From a virus (taxonomy: Duplodnaviria; Caudoviricetes): a DNA stretch of 53,965 nucleotides. The position numbers and the translations under genes were made by a program. A model generated the notes under the pieces. The model was not told the DNA's origin, searched no databases, and worked only from the letters and a program-made list of their open reading frames with translations. The DNA lies in IMG/VR virus record IMGVR_UViG_3300025669_001165, positions 1 through 53,965 of that record; one strand, 5' to 3'. Positions 38,059-48,300 of the stretch are shown piece by piece. The first letter of the stretch is position 1, and each line of letters starts with the position of its first letter.

Positions 38059-38847
38059 TTACCTCACTCTTACTTGTCCATCTGCATCTCTTACGAAGCC
38101 ATCTTCGCCTGATGCAGTCCTGGGCAGTTGTGTTAAAAACAGTTCAAAATCTTCTGCCACATACTTTATCAACATTGGATGTACCATATCAAGTCTTCGT
38201 TGATACGCAAAATCTATAAAACTAAAGATACTCTGGTCATCCGCATTTCTGTCTCTCAACAGTTCTATCATCTTCATAAACTCTTTCATACTGCCTGCGT
38301 TGCAACTATACTTCGTTCTGTACTTCGCAACAAACTTCGTACAGAAGTAGTCAAGTGCTTTCTTAGCCATTGAACCTACGCTCTGGAAGTCTCCATCCTT
38401 TGCCTTGCCTTTCTCTACCGTGAACTTCTTTACCTTTGCAAGTACTGGAACATCTTTTGCATACAACCATGAATCCCATCTATAGTTAAGGCAGAAGAAA
38501 AGCTCAGCGGATACATCATATAACGCACCGTACACCGGAACATCAACGACACTCTCTAGTATTGGTATGGAGTGAAGCTTCTCCCCTGCCCGCTCTGTAA
38601 CTGCTTCGGATGCCTTAACTCTAAGGATTATGTTTTTCATAATCAAGTCATCAAGACCTTGTGATAGTTGGGCAGCTCCTAACGCAGAAAGTTTTGCAGC
38701 TTGTGCTAATGTTATCTTTGAACGTTTATTATGTTGTATATAGAATCCATGTAACTGAAAGAACACATCAAGTATTTTATTCTCTCTGGCGTTCATTCCC
38801 AAATGTGATTTTGCAATTATGAACTCTAAGTAATTTTTATCAGCCAC
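38059..38847 (-). CDS. Winged-HTH protein, possible replication initiator
   Basis: ITLAQAAKLSALGAAQLSQGLDDLIMKNIIL fits a wHTH pattern. First gene after a promoter that leads into the replication genes. Confidence 0.5.
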   Translation of the reverse strand: MADKNYLEFIIAKSHLGMNARENKILDVFFQLHGFYIQHNKRSKITLAQAAKLSALGAAQLSQGLDDLIMKNIILRVKASEAVTERAGEKLHSIPILESVVDVPVYGALYDVSAELFFCLNYRWDSWLYAKDVPVLAKVKKFTVEKGKAKDGDFQSVGSMAKKALDYFCTKFVAKYRTKYSCNAGSMKEFMKMIELLRDRNADDQSIFSFIDFAYQRRLDMVHPMLIKYVAEDFELFLTQLPRTASGEDGFVRDADGQVRVR

Positions 38848-38882
38848 AGCACTCCTAAGATTGTAATTTGTAACACTCTTTT

Positions 38883-38911
38883 ATTATATGATACTTTTCA
38901 AAATAAATCAA
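38883..38911 (-). promoter_or_regulatory. Sigma70-type promoter for the replication/modification operon
   Basis: TTGATT-17nt-TATAAT. Confidence 0.7.
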
Positions 38912-38914
38912 TGT

Positions 38915-39313
38915 TTATTTTTGTCTGTTATAACCCGTGCTCTTGTTGGGTTTCCTCAGTTCGTACTTATTACTATATGGGTTATGCTGAAGAGCACTAT
39001 CGGGACTCGCATAAACGTACTTCCCATTCATTTGATTATATTGTATTGTAGCATCATTGTCTACCAGCTCGTACTTGTTAGAGTACGGGTTGTGTTTTAT
39101 TGTTGCTGCAAATGCACTACTACATATTAACGAAATAATAATCATTGCCGCTACTCTCTTCTTACTTCTCGCTCTGCATCGTTCTTTTGCAACCGCCTTA
39201 CACTTGTCCCCACAATACCTCGAGTTGGGTGAAAGTGGTTTGTACGTCTTGCAACATATCCCACATGACCTTGGTTTGTCGTTAAACTGATAGTTCCAAC
39301 TCTTGCCTATCAT
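38915..39313 (-). CDS. Zn-finger domain plus a signal-peptide-bearing repeat domain (possible internal start at 39145)
   Basis: CGIC...YCGDKC, then MIIISLICSSAFA and HNPYSNKYE twice. Confidence 0.5.
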   Translation of the reverse strand: MIGKSWNYQFNDKPRSCGICCKTYKPLSPNSRYCGDKCKAVAKERCRARSKKRVAAMIIISLICSSAFAATIKHNPYSNKYELVDNDATIQYNQMNGKYVYASPDSALQHNPYSNKYELRKPNKSTGYNRQK

Positions 39314-39504
39314 TTCTCCTCCCTTCCTAGTTGTTTTCTTGCTTTAAATTCCAAGTCTTCCCATTCCATGTCATGATATTTCTTCCTATGTAACAACCCT
39401 ATACAGAGTAACCCTCTAATCATTCCTCCTTTACTAACCTCTCCACATAACCCATTCAGCCAATCATCTAACCATACTGGGATTAACATTTGTGTTCTGT
39501 GCAT
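39310..39504 (-). CDS. Ribbon-helix-helix-like protein
   Basis: MHRTQMLIP...L...VSKGGMIR resembles the CopG pattern. Confidence 0.45.
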   Translation of the reverse strand: MHRTQMLIPVWLDDWLNGLCGEVSKGGMIRGLLCIGLLHRKKYHDMEWEDLEFKARKQLGREEK

Positions 39505-39731
39505 TATTTCCCCTCCTTTAACAATAGGTGCCTTAATGATTTAACGGTTACTGAATCAACCTTCTTACGAAACGTACGACAGCTCATCTCATGCAACCCC
39601 GTAGCCAATCTACCACAAAAACAAAACATAGCATTTCCTTGAGACACCCTATCTTCTGTCTCTTGTCTCTTTTTAAGAAACTCAGACAAATGATTATCTT
39701 TCAAATACTCTAACTTCTCTTGTAGTTTCAT
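39504..39731 (-). CDS. Hypothetical protein
   Basis: GGAGG RBS; CFCGRLATGLH...C putative Zn site. Confidence 0.5.
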   Translation of the reverse strand: MKLQEKLEYLKDNHLSEFLKKRQETEDRVSQGNAMFCFCGRLATGLHEMSCRTFRKKVDSVTVKSLRHLLLKEGK

Positions 39732-40097
39732 TTCTCCTCCTTAATAGTTGTAGGGACAAGACTGTCTGCCCTGCCTTGTCCCGGAGTACGTTTCGAGTCA
39801 TAACGCACCTCCTTGTTTGTGTCAAATTCATCTCCCCTCCCTGAATACTATACAAGCTTGAAAATCTTCATCCTCTCTACAGAATGGGCACGTATCTTTT
39901 AATTCACATCTTTCACAAATACTCTTCACTGCGTCCCCCTATTATAATATACGTATAACAATTCATATTCTTATATAAATAGAAGCTATAAACAGCTTCT
40001 ATCATAATCATATATATCTATTTCTATAAATAGATAGGACAGGGGTTTAAAAAAAGAACGTCCCCTTGTCTTATCTGTTGTTTCATGGAGAGAGGTT

Positions 40098-40298
40098 TTA
40101 TTCAATGTTTCCCTCCAGGGTATTGCTCTTTACATAGTTTTCTAGCTGAGGGATGGTAAATAGTATCTTACGCCCGTCCCGGACACATGAGAGTCGACCT
40201 TCCTTCATTCGGGTACGAATAGTCTGGTCCGATATCTTTAGGTAGTCGGATGCTTCTTTCAGTGTCAATAACCCCTCTGTCTGTTTGTAATCTTCCAT
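40098..40298 (-). CDS. Excisionase-like HTH_17 DNA-binding protein
   Basis: LLTLKEASDYLKISDQTIR...GRL...RDGRKILF. Confidence 0.8.
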   Translation of the reverse strand: MEDYKQTEGLLTLKEASDYLKISDQTIRTRMKEGRLSCVRDGRKILFTIPQLENYVKSNTLEGNIE

Positions 40299-40569
40299 GT
40301 AGTATCTCCTCTGTTATTATAACGCCCTCAATTGATAGTGTATCTTGTTCGTAATGGTCGGCCACTACTACGAGTGCTTCAACCCTTGTTCTTCCCTCAC
40401 TTAATTCACTTAAGAACTCCCTCATTATTACTTCTGCTTGTATCATCGCAACCCCCCTCAACCTTTAGTAAACCTTTACGTAAACTGTCTGCTGTCCTGC
40501 GGGGATACCCTGTTTTCCCGTTTACTCCATCCATGGTACCAAATATCCGAAAAAGCCTCTCTCCCTGCA

Positions 40570-40986
40570 TTAGGAGACCTTCTCAACGGTTACTCTAAGT
40601 ATGCCCTTTCTTAGATTTCCTATCTTTTCGAATGCTCCTTTCGACAAATCAACTATGCGACCTTTGTTGTAAAGTTTCTTATTCGGTCCGAAATCGTTGT
40701 GTCTTACTACGACTGACTTGCCATTGTCTATATTTGTTACCTTATACACACCTCCCCAATCTCTCCTTCTCATAGCACACGTCATATCATTCTCGTCGTA
40801 ACGTTCTCCTGATGCTGTCCATACTCCTGAGGTACCTTCCCTCTTACAGCTCTCGTAAGTGTAATAAGAAGCGGTCCCTGTCCTCGTTCCAGAGTTGATT
40901 GTTTTGATAGCTGCGCTGCCTGGAAAGGCTTCCGCGGTGCTTGCAAATATGAATGCCAATACTAAAACGAGACTTAACACCTTCAT
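40570..40986 (-). CDS. RlpA-like double-psi beta-barrel lytic transglycosylase with signal peptide
   Basis: GTASYY, TASGE, VTNIDNGKSVVVRHNDFGP and RIVDLSKGAF. Confidence 0.85.
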   Translation of the reverse strand: MKVLSLVLVLAFIFASTAEAFPGSAAIKTINSGTRTGTASYYTYESCKREGTSGVWTASGERYDENDMTCAMRRRDWGGVYKVTNIDNGKSVVVRHNDFGPNKKLYNKGRIVDLSKGAFEKIGNLRKGILRVTVEKVS

Positions 40987-41053
40987 TACTCCTCCTTATT
41001 CGTTAGTAATCCAACGTATACGCACAGTTCGTACTGTACGTGTGATACTTAGG

Positions 41054-41395
41054 CTACCCTGTGTAGCTAACTCCAACTGCTCCTGATGCCCTTGCGATTA
41101 TTGTCTCAAGTCCTCCACGTTCTCTCGTTTTCTTTCCTAGTCCTGTCCATCCTCTTTTGAACCCTAACTCTTCCAATCCTACTGTGTACAGTGTTGCTCT
41201 TTTCTCGTATTTCGCTGGTAGTTCTTTGCAACCTAGTTTTGTACATCCTATACTGAAACGTAGGAAATACGCTAGCATTAGTACTGCTTCATCCTGAGTA
41301 GGTAACCCGTCTTTTATGTACCCTTCTCTTAAAGCTATCATAAAACTGTCCTCTGAATCTTTCCATCTCTGTAGCACGTTGTCTGGCAGCCCCAT
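41054..41395 (-). CDS. Hypothetical protein
   Basis: GGAGGT RBS. Confidence 0.5.
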   Translation of the reverse strand: MGLPDNVLQRWKDSEDSFMIALREGYIKDGLPTQDEAVLMLAYFLRFSIGCTKLGCKELPAKYEKRATLYTVGLEELGFKRGWTGLGKKTRERGGLETIIARASGAVGVSYTG

Positions 41396-41545
41396 CTTAA
41401 TACCTCCCTGTTTTCTTTACCCATTCAGCCTCTGTCATTCCTTCTGGTCGTGCTCCTATCTTAAACGACCTGCCCATTGCGTAAACTATCTCTGTGTGTT
41501 CCTTCATGAATGGAAACAACAACTGTCCGTTTTTGTCTACTAACA

Positions 41546-41968
41546 TTACTTCCTCCCTATGAGTTCTTTGTTTGAGTAACCTGTCACGTCTCTTAACTTC
41601 TCTGGAATAGTTCTTAATCCTCTGCGCGTGGCTTTTCTTACTGAGTACCTTAAACTGGATACCATTCTGTCCTGGACTCTCTTCTTCCATGGTATACCTA
41701 TCTCTCTGTAACACTGTCTAGCGAATGTCCAAGCTTCATACTCTTCTACACATCTTAACTTGCCGCTCTCAGCCTTATCGCAATGGCCCAGCACTATATG
41801 TCCCGCCTCATGACAGAACACTGCAAACCCCAAATAACCGAGAGACGCTGGAACAGTTATCTCCCTGGTACCAATGTATGCACATCCTGAAGCGTCGTCC
41901 CTAGTGCTTCGTACTGTACAGTTGTGCTTCCTTAACAGCTCCATTCCATATTCGTCAAATGGTTGCAT
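41546..41968 (-). CDS. HExxH zinc metallopeptidase-like protein (ImmA/IrrE-like)
   Basis: FCHEAGHIVLGH...EEYEAWTFA. Confidence 0.65.
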   Translation of the reverse strand: MQPFDEYGMELLRKHNCTVRSTRDDASGCAYIGTREITVPASLGYLGFAVFCHEAGHIVLGHCDKAESGKLRCVEEYEAWTFARQCYREIGIPWKKRVQDRMVSSLRYSVRKATRRGLRTIPEKLRDVTGYSNKELIGRK

Positions 41969-42426
41969 TAGTTTTCCTCCCGAGTGGCATTGTTCTCTTT
42001 ATCCTCAAGTGAGTCTATTCCTTCTACCTCTGCCTGCTCTTCATGCATCCTATCCTCTATCTCTTTCTCATCCATCTCTTCTACTGCTCGTTCCTTATTA
42101 TACTCTGACTTCGGATTATGAATGTCTGCAGCAGGCCCTGTAAGAACCAGCAACGCCTCTTTCTTCTTACACTCAGGACATTCCCAAAGTTCATCAGTGC
42201 GTACAACTTCGAGGCGATGACCACAGTACTCACATTTGACCTCTTCTGTTTGATACATTGCCGTCAGCGTCTCTTCTATGTTCTCTCTCACGAACTCTTT
42301 AACATCCTCTGAATCGAATCCCTCATGTCTCATATCAACTACAACACCTATCACTGCTCTCTGTATTACTTCCATTGGCTGACCTTCTATCAACCCCTCC
42401 ATCTTTTCCCTTAGTTCCTTTCTCAC
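41968..42426 (-). CDS. Acidic Zn-ribbon early protein
   Basis: CEYC/CPEC pairs; first gene behind a repeat promoter. Confidence 0.55.
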   Translation of the reverse strand: MRKELREKMEGLIEGQPMEVIQRAVIGVVVDMRHEGFDSEDVKEFVRENIEETLTAMYQTEEVKCEYCGHRLEVVRTDELWECPECKKKEALLVLTGPAADIHNPKSEYNKERAVEEMDEKEIEDRMHEEQAEVEGIDSLEDKENNATREEN

Positions 42427-42427
42427 T

Positions 42428-42602
42428 GCAGCCTCCCTTGTTATTATTTATTAGTACTATTTATATCTATAAATAAATTATATGTTATGAATCGAGTTTC
42501 GTCAAGTTTTTTTTTGGTTATTTTTATTCAGTGGTAAACGTTTACCTTCTCAGAACGTTAAACCCCGTATGTTTGTTGCACTATAACGTTATTGGAAAAG
42601 TT
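42428..42602. repeat. Imperfect direct repeat, copy 1 (hairpin + promoter + RBS module)
   Basis: Shares gcagcctcccttgtt, ctatttatatctataaataaattatatgttat, tttcgtcaag and ccccgtatgttt..cgttatt..aaaagtt with 44221-44402. Confidence 0.8.
42477..42505 (-). promoter_or_regulatory. Strong sigma70-type promoter
   Basis: TTGACG-17nt-TATAAT. Confidence 0.85.
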
Positions 42603-42767
42603 ATTACTTTTGTTACGGTACCAAAATAATTCTTGTTTTTTCATGAAGTAATATTATTTATTATAAAGTAGTAGTGCGTAATACACTGTAATAAAGGGTG
42701 TGACTAATATGCTGCTCCACTATCGAACTGGTTGTATACGAAGGATTTACCGTACCTAATATCCATG

Positions 42768-42799
42768 AAAAAGGGAGAGATTAACGATTCTCCCCCTTT
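42768..42799 (-). terminator. Rho-independent terminator after the DUF932 gene
   Basis: GC-rich hairpin (GGGGGAGA...TCTCTCCC) followed by TTTTT on the minus strand. Confidence 0.7.
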
Positions 42800-42816
42800 C
42801 TCTGTTTCTTTGTTTG

Positions 42817-43623
42817 TTATCCTTGTTTTGCAAAGCCCCAGTTGAACTTGTAGAACCTGTTAAGTATCTCTGTCTCTTTGTTCCTCTGAGCAAGTACCCT
42901 ATTCTCTGCCAGTCTTGATTTAGTCTCGTGAGTCGTATAAGCAGTCATCACATTGAAGACTCCCCACATTCCCATCTTGTCATTTTCCCTCAGCGAGGCT
43001 TCGTACAGTTTGTTCCTCGTCTTTTCACCTAAGGTATCAAGACTCTCACAGAACTCTTTCACCTTATCTTCCTTTGCTGCTTTCTCTGTCCACTCCCTCC
43101 ATATCTGAGTTACCTCTTTCGCACCTTCCATCTTCTGGAAGATTATCTCAGTTAAGGTATTCATGTTCAATCCCTCAACGTGTTTGAATGACAGTCTTGC
43201 AACTCCCCTGGGCACTGTTAACCCATTTGTGCATACGAGTCTCAATGCTCTGATTTCGAATCCTACACCGAACTCCATATTGTAACTATTGAACGCCCTT
43301 ACCTGATAGCTAACTGTATCCCCCTTTCTAACCTCTGCTAGCAACGTTTCGTTACCTTCTTGTATAGTATAGTCAGCGAACATTATCGCACCGTTCTTAC
43401 ACAGGCTTAAACGGTCTTGTTTGAGATTCGGCATTTCATCGAACGCTTCAACCACTCTATTGTGAGGCACTATCTTATAGTTGTCGCTCACTATCCCGAG
43501 AGGTTCCATCGTGTCCTCTCTCAGCACTACCTTTCTGTTAGGTACATCGAACGACTCCCCAGCGGAGTCGAATCTCAGTTGTTCCTTCTTTACCCCAAAG
43601 TCTAAATCTTTTATTGTTACCAT
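42817..43623 (-). CDS. DUF932/DUF945-family protein
   Basis: LGIVSDNYKIVPH, FNSYN, RLVCTNG, FKH and WGVFNVMT. Confidence 0.85.
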   Translation of the reverse strand: MVTIKDLDFGVKKEQLRFDSAGESFDVPNRKVVLREDTMEPLGIVSDNYKIVPHNRVVEAFDEMPNLKQDRLSLCKNGAIMFADYTIQEGNETLLAEVRKGDTVSYQVRAFNSYNMEFGVGFEIRALRLVCTNGLTVPRGVARLSFKHVEGLNMNTLTEIIFQKMEGAKEVTQIWREWTEKAAKEDKVKEFCESLDTLGEKTRNKLYEASLRENDKMGMWGVFNVMTAYTTHETKSRLAENRVLAQRNKETEILNRFYKFNWGFAKQG

Positions 43624-43679
43624 CTTGCAGCCCTCCTTGTTAGCGTGGGGGCTATTACACCCCCACAGTTTAGTTTTCC

Positions 43680-44219
43680 TTAGCAGTTTATCAACACCAT
43701 GTTCGAAAGTTTCATGTCCGTGTATTTTTTCTCGTCCGCATAGCTTTCCCTCAGTTCTTCTATCTTCTCCTTTAACGCTACCTCATTCCATCCCTCTCTT
43801 CCAATGTTCATCTGCATAAAGTTTTCTACCAGTACGTTTATGTTCCCCTGTCTCGCATCCAGTCGTGCTATTTCTTTCTCCCCCTCGTATGAGTTCACCC
43901 ATGTGATGTCTCCACTGCGATGAGTAGTAAATAAATACTTCTTCACTGAATCTAAGTTTTCCATATCACCTAAGCGACCTACGCCTATTTGACCTCCTGG
44001 CGAATCACTATTTTTATCCTTAGGATAGATTGTTATAAGACCTTTCCTCTGCAGCATCGCTAAGTATCCACTCATCTGAGCTTTTGTCATCTCTACCTTG
44101 TATGACTCTAATACTACTTCATCGCTCCAAGTAAATTGCCCACCCGTACCTTTCTCTGCCATTTGAATTACTAACCTGAGCGCTTTCTTTTCCCTATCGT
44201 TTAGTTTTACTTCTCTCAT
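43680..44219 (-). CDS. Hypothetical early protein (wHTH-like)
   Basis: MTKAQMSGYLAMLQRKGLI; first gene behind a repeat promoter. Confidence 0.55.
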   Translation of the reverse strand: MREVKLNDREKKALRLVIQMAEKGTGGQFTWSDEVVLESYKVEMTKAQMSGYLAMLQRKGLITIYPKDKNSDSPGGQIGVGRLGDMENLDSVKKYLFTTHRSGDITWVNSYEGEKEIARLDARQGNINVLVENFMQMNIGREGWNEVALKEKIEELRESYADEKKYTDMKLSNMVLINC

Positions 44220-44220
44220 C

Positions 44221-44402
44221 GCAGCCTCCCTTGTTTGTTATAACTTATTAGTTCTATTTATATCTATAAATAAATTATATGTTATAAATCCGATTTCGTC
44301 AAGAAAATAATTAAAATAATTCTACCTAAGGAAGAATTCTTTTAACAAAAAACGCTATACCCCGTATGTTTATTGAGGGATAGCGTTATTCGCAAAAGTT
44401 TT
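44221..44402. repeat. Imperfect direct repeat, copy 2 (terminator + promoter + RBS module)
   Basis: Matches copy 1. Includes an AACGCTAT/ATAGCGTT hairpin with a T-tract on the minus strand, ending the tail operon. Confidence 0.8.
44274..44302 (-). promoter_or_regulatory. Strong sigma70-type promoter
   Basis: TTGACG-17nt-TATAAT. Confidence 0.85.
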
Positions 44403-44415
44403 AACTTTTTATTCG

Positions 44416-44655
44416 TTAGTCCAAATCATTGAACTTACTCTTGAGTTTTTTATATTTTCTTTTTACCTTCTCAGGCAATGCGTTCTGATGTTCATCAATC
44501 AGTTCACAGATGTCCTCTGCTACATCCAAAGCCTTCTTCCAATTCTTCTTCAGACCCACATTGAAGTTCTTATCCTTCTTATCTGGGTCTGTAGCATTAC
44601 GAACTATCGCAAGACCTTGATGTAGTATCCCGAGAATGGCACTGATGCTAAACAT
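44416..44655 (-). CDS. Hypothetical lysis-region protein
   Basis: Amphipathic N-terminus; coupled to the holin-like gene. Confidence 0.5.
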   Translation of the reverse strand: MFSISAILGILHQGLAIVRNATDPDKKDKNFNVGLKKNWKKALDVAEDICELIDEHQNALPEKVKRKYKKLKSKFNDLD

Positions 44656-44839
44656 CTTCGTTCTTCGCTTTGCCTAAGTTTGCACCTAGGAAGTTGATAA
44701 CATCCAGTATGACCTGGAGTATCTTATCATCTACCTTATTCGGTGTCTTAGTTGCGATAAGAGCAAACGTACCTACAACTGTTAACGCTATAGGTATATA
44801 CGCTATTATCATGTCCACTATTGCTTGAATCTGTTCCAT
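44648..44839 (-). CDS. Holin-like small membrane protein
   Basis: TM helix followed by TKTPNKVDD; GGAGG RBS before MEQIQ. Confidence 0.55.
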   Translation of the reverse strand: MEQIQAIVDMIIAYIPIALTVVGTFALIATKTPNKVDDKILQVILDVINFLGANLGKAKNEDV

Positions 44840-44856
44840 CTCTACCTCCTTGTTTG

Positions 44857-45351
44857 TTATAACATATGGTGGTAGCCCCCAGCAGGGGCCCCCCAAGCTT
44901 GCATTTCATAAATATAAGCGTACCCCTGAGAAGTGCTATAGGGAATTTGCAAATCCCTACCCAGACCCACTACAATCGCTTTCATTCCTGTAACTCCTGA
45001 CCATCCAGTATCATCTGATATCCACGTTGCTGTAGTTGTCCCCTGAGTTGTTTCAACATATATTATGTCTTGCCAATCACCATTAAAGTATAATTGTATG
45101 CCCCATTGTCGATACCCCCCACTTCTTCCTCCTCCAACTGAAGTAAACTTTAGTTTCACCTCTTGTATCTTACTACGGGGAAACCAACATATTGAGGATA
45201 TAGACCCTCCAGCAGTCACCCCAAGAGCGTCCCACTTGCCCCGATAAGACGCATCGTTAGCATCATTCATATCAGCGATTGCCCCTATAGTAAAAGAACC
45301 TCCTTCTACTACTACTAGGTCTTGATTATAAACAAGGTCTTTTGAAGGCAT
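44857..45351 (-). CDS. Tail tip-associated beta-sandwich protein
   Basis: Coupled to the J-like gene; discoidin-like YIYEMQAWG C-terminus. Confidence 0.5.
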   Translation of the reverse strand: MPSKDLVYNQDLVVVEGGSFTIGAIADMNDANDASYRGKWDALGVTAGGSISSICWFPRSKIQEVKLKFTSVGGGRSGGYRQWGIQLYFNGDWQDIIYVETTQGTTTATWISDDTGWSGVTGMKAIVVGLGRDLQIPYSTSQGYAYIYEMQAWGAPAGGYHHML

Positions 45352-48300
45352 TATGCTATCTCCACGTCGAGTTGAATTGAAATATCTTCACCCTCATAGA
45401 GCGAACCTATCTGGTCTACTCCTATAGTCACTTCATCCCCGGATGCGATAGTCGTTGTATCAAATACTTCTCTGATAACCGTTTCGGGGGTTTCATCTCC
45501 TGATGGAAGTATTATTCTGTTCCACTGACTGGACGCCCAGATAGATGAACCATTAACGTCTACGTCTACTATGACTGAGTCTCCTGAAGAAGGTTTCTCT
45601 ATATAACCTCTTGCACTCTTTATAGTAGCGTCGAAAGGCATTATGAAAGTTCCACTGGCGTTGTCCCCAGACTCGGGAGACCCTGGAAGATACCAAAATA
45701 GTGACCTTCCTACTACGTCTGAAACTCCTGCTCCGTATATCGTTCCCGAGTTAATCTCTAACCCGTCTGTACCGTCTAATTTGAATCCAGTAACTCCCTC
45801 CACATAATTGTCACTTCTTATGTCTCCCGATTCGTTTATGACTATCGAGCCTGCAGCTAAGGTACCTGCTATTAGTTTCGTAACTGAAAGGTTAATGATA
45901 TGAGCGTTGTTTATGATAGCATCTCTGATTTGAGCAGACAGTGTTAGTATCTCCCCGGCATAGAGATTTCTGGCTTTTATGACTTCATCGCCAAACATGT
46001 CTGCTGTTAGCGTCTTATATTCGACGGATACAACGTTTGAAGCATCTCCGCTACCATAAGTATCCACCCCGTAAACTCTGTACCATCTCTTATCGGTCAG
46101 CAACCATTCTGAGGTAGCATCTGGATTAGTATCCCAAACAGTGTCTCCTGTTATTGTTCCTGCGACTGCATCGTATCCTATAACCTGTCTAGTTTGTCCT
46201 CTTCCAGTACCTCTTGTTATAGCTAACTGGTCTCCCTCAAACCTCCTATCTCCAGAACCTACTAACTCTGTTGCAGTTAGAGTGTCATTTGTTCCACTAT
46301 CCCCACTACCAGCAACTGGAGGGTCTCCTAGGATTGTTGCTCTGGTTCCTACTACCTTTGACTCTAACCAGTCATCCCCACTCCCCCATGTGTTATTTCT
46401 CGATACGTAGATGTCGTAACTTACAAGGTCAGGGTCTGTAACGTCTACCCAGTTTAGTTCTGCAAACCCAAACCACACTAGTGGTTCTATAACGGGCGCA
46501 GCAGGAGCAGCATTGGTAGGTGTAGTACTGGCCGAAGAGACCGAGTAGTTACCACTCCTGTCTATCGCCCTACAATAATAAGTACCAGGAGCGCGAGAAC
46601 CTGGACTTATTATTGTGTACGTATCCGCCTGACCCCTAAATACGAGATTAGAAACATCACCAGAGGCCCAAGTCACATCAGTAGTACGTATTTCATATCC
46701 CCACAGGTCTACATCTGTATTGGGAGTCCAAGCCAGTGTTATCTCGTTCGTAAATGTATTCGTAAGTCCCTGAACAACTGCTGGGGCACCTTGTTTACCT
46801 AAAGTGATGATGTTAGCAGAATACGCACCATCGGAAATATAGTCTCTCGTGGAGACTGTCTTAACTCTGATTATATAGGTTGCCTGACTTTCCACATCTG
46901 GAATAGTCATATACTCATCTTTCGTATACCCTACCACTGTATATCCATCATCTCCTGATGTCCATACATTGATGAATAAACCTAGGTTGAGGATTGGGTC
47001 ATCTTTGTAATCCTCTAACCTTGCTAATTCACTATCTCCTACCTTCCTTAACTCCACTTGGTAGTAATCGAAGTATTCAAATCCTTGCTTTATCCCATCC
47101 CAAGTAACTTCCAAATCTGAAATAGCTGCACCATCGTGATTGAAATAAACAGTCTCTTTAGCATCCACGTCTGTTGGATTTGGAAGAGGTTGCGTTTCAT
47201 AATCTGTTAATGGTAGAACTGGACGGGTGTAGTTGGATAAGTCCCCTCCATAACTGTCAGTATAGAGAGTACCATAGTGCTCCCTACATTCTATCAACCT
47301 ATTGTCATCATCCATTTCGGCTATAGACAGTATTCTGAATTGCTTCTTATCCCAATTGTAATCGGGTAAAGTTACAGATATGACATCTCCGGGTTCACAA
47401 TGTACAGCTAGGATAGACGTTTTGAATGTTAGGTTAACCCCAACGACCCGGGACATTCGCAGAAAGAAGTTTGCTACTCTGAGTGCTTGACTCTGTCTGG
47501 TGATTCCCATAAGTTGGACTTCTGTACCTACTACTCCTCGTCCTCCCTCTAAGTCGTTTCTCAAGACCTGGTCATTCAAGTCTTCTGCAATGGCGTAAAC
47601 TTTCGTATATTCATTCTCGGGGTCTAAGAAGAGAACCTTTATCCTATTGTAGAACTCATCCTTACCCGTCATTGAGAACTTCGCACTATCCTGTATGATA
47701 GTATCTTCATCAAAGTCCTGAGTTGATACTTCTTCCTTCTCTACGTTAAGAAACAGTTTACCTTGGGCCCACACTAGGAACCCTCCAAAGGTAGCAAGTA
47801 TCTCACCTAGGATATCTAACTGAGACCTCTGAGAGTCAATTACCATATCCAGTTCGAATCTATTCTCTAACCCTCCATCCCCATCTTCTACTTGACCATC
47901 ACAGTAAAGGTATGAATTGTAGAAACTGGTGAAGTCGATTACATCGTCACCCAATCCACATCCATATCTTTGATTAGTCAGAAAATCCAATACGCAAGCG
48001 GATGGATTATTGGAGTACTTTGTATTGGTCCAATTGAGTGCTGCATAAGGAGTTCGTACTTTCGTTCCCGCTACAGTTGAGGATACAACGGGGTTACCAC
48101 CTTTTAGTTTGCTCCCAGCAGTAAGAGTAACCGCTAGATAAGCGAACCTTCTCATACCGTATAACTTACCCGCGAACCTCTCATCTTGGTCTTGGGTTTC
48201 AGTTCCTAGGTACGCAGTATAGGAACAACTTCCAATATCCTCTATTGGAGTGTCGTTTACTTTAACATCTGTTATACTTGTAACTTCTCCCATACAGATA

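Noticed and set aside
40098-40298. Excisionase-like gene as evidence of a temperate lifestyle
   Set aside because: No integrase or CI-like repressor is visible, and HTH_17 proteins are common general regulators.
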